64,000 nucleotides of DNA from Gammaproteobacteria bacterium (GTDB taxonomy: Bacteria; Pseudomonadota; Gammaproteobacteria; UBA4575). Positions 58,001 through 64,000 of the stretch are shown here, piece after piece. The DNA is taken from the NCBI GenBank assembly GCA_014075255.1, contig CP046178.1:1089616-1153615 (forward strand), given 5' to 3'. Position numbers and translations under genes: made by a program. The stretch's first letter is position 1. Every line of letters begins with the position of its first letter. The notes under the pieces are model-generated. The model worked only from the letters and a program-made list of their open reading frames with translations, was not told where the DNA came from and ran no database searches.

Positions 58001-58169
58001 ATATGAGTCGCATCAAGGATGATGCATCAAATTAAATCTTTCTTTGCGAAGTCTGCTTACGGCCAATAGTGAGCATAGGGAAATGCAAATATGAGCTGCA
58101 ACAAGGATGCTGCATCAAATCAAATGTTTTTACTTACTAATGTCTGCTTTCGGCCAATAGCGGTCATTT
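58001..58169. repeat. tandem duplication of a roughly 85 bp unit, each unit ending in a REP-like palindromic element
   Basis: Copy 1 is atatgagtcgcatcaaggatgatgcatcaaattaaatcttt...gtctgcttacggccaatagtgagcat. Copy 2 is atatgagctgcaacaaggatgctgcatcaaatcaaatgttt...tgtctgctttcggccaatagcggtcat. About 85% identity. Confidence 0.7.
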
Positions 58170-58553
58170 AGTTAAAATTAAAATCCAGTAAATAACTACC
58201 ATTAGTGGAATAAAAGCTGCTGATATAACACTGGCTTGCCAGTATTTTATTCTAGTGTTTACTAGCTTAATTAAATTTTCATCATTCGTGCTTTTGGCTA
58301 GCTCTAAGTCTTTTGACAATGAAAATATATTTTTCCTTATTCCAGAATTTGGATCTATATATGTACTGGGTGGCTGGTGTGACCATTGCGCTATAAACCA
58401 TTCCCAAGGTGATTTGGGCCGATTATCGATCACCTGGAATTTAGAATACAAACCCACATGATTTTTCTCATAACAATCCCAAACTTTTCTTGATTGTCGG
58501 CCTAGAAGGAAAAAGAAAACTATTGCTGGAAGGATAAAAAAAACGTAAATCAT
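58164..58553 (-). CDS. hypothetical membrane protein (N- and C-terminal TM helices)
   Basis: 129 aa, AT-rich gene, no recognisable domain. Flanked by REP-like repeats. Confidence 0.35.
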   Translation of the reverse strand: MIYVFFILPAIVFFFLLGRQSRKVWDCYEKNHVGLYSKFQVIDNRPKSPWEWFIAQWSHQPPSTYIDPNSGIRKNIFSLSKDLELAKSTNDENLIKLVNTRIKYWQASVISAAFIPLMVVIYWILILTK

Positions 58554-58579
58554 ATTCAGACAATAGTTCTATATTGGTA

Positions 58580-58610
58580 ATGTCCGCTTTGGGTCGTAAG
58601 CAGTCATTTT
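58580..58610. repeat. REP-like palindromic element
   Basis: atgtccgctttgggtcgtaagcagtcatttt. Confidence 0.6.
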
Positions 58611-58662
58611 AGAATTGTTTTTTAGAGTTTCCAATCTAGCTTCCCCTTAAATCTATTTAATT

Positions 58663-58692
58663 ATGTCCGCTTTCGGCCAATAGCGGCCATTT
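58663..58692. repeat. REP-like palindromic element (cggccaatagcgg variant)
   Basis: atgtccgctttcggccaatagcggccattt. Confidence 0.6.
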
Positions 58693-58749
58693 ATTTTTGT
58701 TAAATTTTAACTCATTATATGTCACTGACAGTGGTTAATTAAAATTCAA

Positions 58750-59442
58750 TTGATAGAGAATAGCTTCATGAAAGAGATGGTAGTTTGGGTAATTCATACT
58801 CCAGCAGGAACGATTGGACTCGTCACTGCTGTTGTTGCCTTGTTCGTAATCAAAGGAGGCGCTATTCATCGAAAAGCTGGTAATTTGTTCACTATCTCAA
58901 TGTTCATCATGTTGATTTCAGGATTCGCAGCGGCATATTTAAAAGATTCCACAGATGACATGTTTTTAAGTGCTGTAGTGATCTATACCGTATTTACCGC
59001 ATGGCTAACGGTAAAGCATAAAAAAAATGAAACTGGTTTCATGGAATATATGGCTCTTGTATGGATTGTTGTTTTTGCTATAGCGGCACTTTTTGTAAGC
59101 GCAGGTTGGCGTGGAGTAAATGTTCCAAGTGTTTATCTTTTTTGGGCAGGCTTTGCAATCCTTTGTACAATTGGAGATACACGAAATTTATACCGGTCAG
59201 GCTTAACAGGAAATCAACGGATAATTAGACACGTATGGCGAATCGGATTTTCGCTGATTTGGGCTTTGTTAGCATTCACAGACAAGATTGTAAAAATGCA
59301 AGGCTCTAGCGTTAAAGAAATGCCAAAAGAACAAGTATTTTTCATTGTTGGCATTCCGACTATGCTGGTACTGATAGTAATTTTGTATTGGATAATAAAT
59401 ATTCAGTTTTTTTCACGCAAGAAGTTTGCTAAGTACAATTAA
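58750..59442 (+). CDS. hypothetical polytopic membrane protein (about 6 TM)
   Basis: 230 aa with regularly spaced hydrophobic helices. I recognised no motif. Confidence 0.4.
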   Translation: MIENSFMKEMVVWVIHTPAGTIGLVTAVVALFVIKGGAIHRKAGNLFTISMFIMLISGFAAAYLKDSTDDMFLSAVVIYTVFTAWLTVKHKKNETGFMEYMALVWIVVFAIAALFVSAGWRGVNVPSVYLFWAGFAILCTIGDTRNLYRSGLTGNQRIIRHVWRIGFSLIWALLAFTDKIVKMQGSSVKEMPKEQVFFIVGIPTMLVLIVILYWIINIQFFSRKKFAKYN

Positions 59443-59460
59443 AGGTCGGGTAATTTTTTC

Positions 59461-59488
59461 ATGTCCGCTTTGGGTCGAAAGCGGACAT
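59461..59488. repeat. REP-like perfect palindrome between convergent genes
   Basis: atgtccgcttt-gggtcg-aaagcggacat. The arms are exact reverse complements. It may act as a terminator. Confidence 0.65.
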
Positions 59489-59949
59489 TAATTATTTTTT
59501 ACAACCCTATCCGTACCATGAAAAACACCCTTCACACCTACAATAGAAAACACTATCCCAACTATTGCAGAACTCAAATCCTTTCTAGTCCAGGCAAAGT
59601 AAAATCCTAATATACCAATAGCAACTGTCAAAATTGATAATGTTATCAACACAGATGGGCTCATTAATCCATTATCTGATTGACGACCCTTGCCAGTAAT
59701 TAAACGATAAGATAAAACAAAAAGTAAAATTGTAATTACGGGTGTAACGAATGTTATCGTTAGAAATACAAGTACTGATTGAATTTCCACCCCAGAAAGA
59801 CTGAAACTTGCTCCAGATATAATCCCACTAATAATAGCTGCAAATGCGTGCAAACTAATCCAACTTCCAATAAGCGCTAAAATCAGGGTAAATACCCCGA
59901 ACCAAAACGAGCTAAACCCATCCGCCTCAACCTGTTGTTCTTTTTTCAT
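59488..59949 (-). CDS. hypothetical membrane protein (about 4 TM)
   Basis: Tracked ORF 59488..60003. The likely start is the internal Met of MKKEQQV, which places the REP-like element upstream. Confidence 0.35.
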   Translation of the reverse strand: MKKEQQVEADGFSSFWFGVFTLILALIGSWISLHAFAAIISGIISGASFSLSGVEIQSVLVFLTITFVTPVITILLFVLSYRLITGKGRQSDNGLMSPSVLITLSILTVAIGILGFYFAWTRKDLSSAIVGIVFSIVGVKGVFHGTDRVVKNN

Positions 59950-59963
59950 TTGAAATTTAACTT

Positions 59964-59990
59964 TATTCTTATTGTCTGCTTTTAATCGAA
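59964..59990. repeat. degenerate REP-like element
   Basis: tgtctgcttttaatcgaaagca retains the gcttt/aaagc arms. Confidence 0.4.
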
Positions 59991-60006
59991 AGCAAAAATC
60001 CAAGCT

Positions 60007-60435
60007 TTACTTTGATCTCCCAAGCATCGACTCCAATCTTGGGGCACTAAACCCACTCATTGTTTGCTTACCTACAACAATTAATGGCACCCCATTACCG
60101 CCTAAACTTTTAAATTTACGGTGCGCATTAGAGTTCTTTTCTATATCGTATTCTTTGTAACTTATTCCATTATTTGACATGTATTTTTTTGCTGTTTTAC
60201 AGACACCACACCAAGCAGTGGAATACATAACAACTTTCTTTCCGGAATAACCTGTATCTTGACTTGAAATTGTTGCTGGCCCTTCGACTGAATTAACCCT
60301 AACTTCAATTTGCTCTGCTTTTGCTGTGGGCTTGTCTGTGAAGATTACTCGTCCATTTTCATCTACTGTTTTATATATTTCTGCGTATGCCGTAAAAGGC
60401 AAAAATACTATTAATATATAAAGTACTTTATTCAT
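60007..60435 (-). CDS. secreted DUF4124-glutaredoxin-like fusion protein
   Basis: Signal peptide. DUF4124-like IYKTVDENGRVIFTDKP. Thioredoxin-fold segment with WCGVCKTAKKYM and GVPLIVVG. 142 aa. Confidence 0.5.
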   Translation of the reverse strand: MNKVLYILIVFLPFTAYAEIYKTVDENGRVIFTDKPTAKAEQIEVRVNSVEGPATISSQDTGYSGKKVVMYSTAWCGVCKTAKKYMSNNGISYKEYDIEKNSNAHRKFKSLGGNGVPLIVVGKQTMSGFSAPRLESMLGRSK

Positions 60436-60438
60436 GGT

Positions 60439-60660
60439 CTAGTACCCCTGTTCTTTCATTTCTCTTTTTCTTGCATCCGCCGAATCAAGAATTGTTTGTT
60501 CTACTCCTTTTGCTTTATCTAGTGCTGATTCATACTCTTTAAATACATTGTCTTCACTTAGCTTTTGTGATGATTTTTCGACGACTACTGCTTTTTCATT
60601 TGAACAAGCAGTACTTAATATAAATAAAAGAATTACTAAAAGCGATGAAGGAGTTGTCAT
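60439..60660 (-). CDS. small lipoprotein, hypothetical
   Basis: 73 aa. Signal peptide ending in the lipobox-like LSTAC. 4 nt gap to the downstream gene. Confidence 0.35.
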   Translation of the reverse strand: MTTPSSLLVILLFILSTACSNEKAVVVEKSSQKLSEDNVFKEYESALDKAKGVEQTILDSADARKREMKEQGY

Positions 60661-60682
60661 ATTATACCAACCAAATTGCGAG

Positions 60683-61003
60683 TTATAAATCCAACCAAAG
60701 TTTTTTAGGTTGCCTCATGCCTGCAATTTTACAACCTTGTTGCCCGTATCCATATGGAAATAGCGCATAAACATACTTACGGGTTGCTTTTTCCGGACCA
60801 AGTTCTGCTTTTAGTTGTTTTAATATTTTCCGCAGCTCTGGAACCGAGTGATTCTCGTAATAATATTCTCGAATAAGGCGGATTAGATTCCAACGATCTT
60901 CAGTGAGTTCTAGCTCTTCCTTTACAGCAATCTTTTTTGCTATTTCTTCAGTCCAATCTTCTGGGTCTAATAAAAATCCGTCCTCATCAGTTTGGACATC
61001 CAT
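60683..61003 (-). CDS. TusE/DsrC-family sulfur-relay-like protein (lacks C-terminal Cys)
   Basis: Aligns with E. coli TusE (RKYVYALFPYG..CKIAGMRQP versus RYLYRLFPKG..TKIAGLPKP). It ends LWLDL instead of the conserved terminal Cys arm. 106 aa. Confidence 0.5.
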   Translation of the reverse strand: MDVQTDEDGFLLDPEDWTEEIAKKIAVKEELELTEDRWNLIRLIREYYYENHSVPELRKILKQLKAELGPEKATRKYVYALFPYGYGQQGCKIAGMRQPKKLWLDL

Positions 61004-61372
61004 TTATGATTTGCTAAAGAATAAATAGCCTGCAAATGCGATTAATATTAAAGAAAATATCTTTTTAAAATTAGCTGTAGACACATGCTCTAGTATGTGT
61101 GGCCCAATTTGCGCACCAATAATTCCACCCAAGCCTAATACAATCGCTATTTTATAATCTACATTAGAAAATTTTGAATGCGCAAACACTGCAGATGCGG
61201 AGATAATTAAAATAGCTAAAAAAGAAGTTCCAACTGCCTTTTGAGCAGTATAACCCAATGCAATGAGTAGAGGCACCATTAGAAAACCACCACCTAGACC
61301 TGTGAATGATGCTGCGATACCAATAAAAAATCCCGAGAACAAAAGTAATGCGTAAGTTAATGTCATAGTCAT
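61004..61372 (-). CDS. half-size TauE/SafE (TSUP) family membrane protein
   Basis: 122 aa with a single 4-TM repeat. Carries the TSUP signature GLGGGFLMVPLLIALG....AVGTS. Abuts the TusE-like gene with no gap. Confidence 0.55.
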   Translation of the reverse strand: MTMTLTYALLLFSGFFIGIAASFTGLGGGFLMVPLLIALGYTAQKAVGTSFLAILIISASAVFAHSKFSNVDYKIAIVLGLGGIIGAQIGPHILEHVSTANFKKIFSLILIAFAGYLFFSKS

Positions 61373-61382
61373 ATACCTTGGT

Positions 61383-62808
<1,426 letters not shown>

Positions 62809-62859
62809 TTAAAGTGTACACCAAACTATTCGATCGTCACACGAGGTGAATTGCAGAAA

Positions 62860-63984
62860 TTATTCGTCCCAGAACTTCAAGTTATCAAAAAAGCCTTTCA
62901 CATTGTCCGTCCAAGAATGTGACTTAGGACTGTGCTGATCTCCACCTTTCTCAATCTCAGCTGAGAACTCTTTCATCAGATCTTTTTGTTTTTTAGTGAG
63001 ATTCACGGGTGTTTCTACCATCGTGGTGCATAACATGTCACCGGTTGCTCCACCTCGTACCGGTTTTACACCTTTGCCACGTAATCTAAATAAACGCCCT
63101 GATTGAGATTCAGCAGGTATTTTTAATTTAACTTTTCCATTGAGTGTTGGTACTTCAATTTCCCCACCCAGTGCTGCCATACTAAAGCTAATTGGAACTT
63201 GGCAATGTAAATGGTTTTCTTCGCGAGTAAATAATTCATGCGGAAGCACGTGGATCTCAACATATAAGTCACCAGATGGACCATTGTTCGCACCCGCCTC
63301 ACCTTCTCCACTTAGACGAATTCGATCGCCTGTATCTACACCTGCAGGTACTTTAATAGATAATTTTTTATTTTCTTTGGTGAGACCCGTACCCCGGCAG
63401 TAATCACAAGGTACTTTAATGGTTTTACCTTTACCTCTGCATTTAGGGCAGCCTTGTTGAATAGAAAAGAAACCTTGCTGCATGCGTACTTGGCCCACGC
63501 CACCGCAAGTTTCACATGTTTCTATGGTTGTGTTTGGCGCTGCTCCTGAACCTTCACATTTCTCACATGTAGATTGCTTAGGAATATCAATCGTAGATTC
63601 GGTACCAAATACGGCTTCCTCTAAACTTACTTCTAATCCGTATTGCAAATCGGAACCACGGTAGACACGTTGCCCGCCACCTCGACCGCCGCCAAAGATG
63701 TCGCCGAACATATCTCCAAAAATATCACCGAAATCTCCTGTTCCTCCACCAGCACCTTGCTGCACGCCTGCATGACCATATTGATCATAGGCTTGGCGCT
63801 TATTGGCGTTGCCTAAAACTTCATACGCTTCTTTAGCTTCTTTAAATTTTGCTTCGGCCTCATGATCACCTGGATTCCGATCTGGATGATATTTCATTGC
63901 AAGTCGACGAAAGGTTTTTTTCAAATCGCCTTCATTGACAGTGCGCTCTACCCCTAGAACTTCGTAGTAATCTCTTTTTGCCAT
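62860..63984 (-). CDS. dnaJ: chaperone DnaJ
   Basis: J domain (DYYEVLGV...HPDRN). G/F region. Four CxxCxGxG zinc-finger repeats. 374 aa. Confidence 0.95.
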   Translation of the reverse strand: MAKRDYYEVLGVERTVNEGDLKKTFRRLAMKYHPDRNPGDHEAEAKFKEAKEAYEVLGNANKRQAYDQYGHAGVQQGAGGGTGDFGDIFGDMFGDIFGGGRGGGQRVYRGSDLQYGLEVSLEEAVFGTESTIDIPKQSTCEKCEGSGAAPNTTIETCETCGGVGQVRMQQGFFSIQQGCPKCRGKGKTIKVPCDYCRGTGLTKENKKLSIKVPAGVDTGDRIRLSGEGEAGANNGPSGDLYVEIHVLPHELFTREENHLHCQVPISFSMAALGGEIEVPTLNGKVKLKIPAESQSGRLFRLRGKGVKPVRGGATGDMLCTTMVETPVNLTKKQKDLMKEFSAEIEKGGDQHSPKSHSWTDNVKGFFDNLKFWDE

Positions 63985-64000
63985 TTTTATTTTAAGATTT

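Noticed and set aside
58001-58169. Possible CRISPR array suggested by direct repeats
   Set aside because: There are only two copies of a roughly 85 bp unit with no unique spacers of regular length and no cas genes. It is better described as a tandem duplication containing REP-like palindromes.

Overview
This 64 kb window comes from an AT-rich gammaproteobacterial chromosome, about 36-40% GC in housekeeping genes. Most of it is conserved core genes in E. coli-like order: tadA-guaA-guaB, xseA, dksA-gluQ, pnp-rpsO-truB-rbfA-infB-nusA-rimP, initiator tRNA-fMet, a complete 14-gene nuoA-N operon with nuoC and nuoD separate, tRNA-Leu(GAG), secG, tpiA, glmM, ftsH, rlmE, greA, carB-carA, dapB and dnaJ. 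Several accessory segments sit between the core blocks. (1) At 0.3-5 kb a four-gene minus-strand operon encodes a TPP-dependent acetolactate-synthase-like enzyme, two short citrate-synthase-like paralogs without the catalytic His, and an O-methyltransferase. (2) The DksA gene carries an N-terminal histone-H1-like KKAAPKKKAAV repeat tail of about 110 aa. (3) A GC-elevated block at 14.8-18.3 kb encodes an AlkB/XylM-type membrane hydroxylase, a YjdI-like mono-cluster Fe-S protein missed by the ORF track, a GST, and a XylA-like ferredoxin-FNR reductase. (4) At 18.6-21.3 kb lie msrB, an ArsR-rhodanese fusion regulator, a sterol-desaturase-family protein and a DsrE-like protein. (5) A truncated hemoglobin and a DUF1840 protein are inserted between metY and rimP. 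(6) A 4 kb AT-rich insertion between carA and dapB encodes small membrane and periplasmic proteins, including a DUF4124-glutaredoxin, a TusE/DsrC-like protein, a half-size TauE/SafE protein and a DUF1287 protein. It is peppered with a roughly 28 bp palindromic REP-like repeat family. I found no CRISPR array, integrase, transposase or recognisable defense genes.
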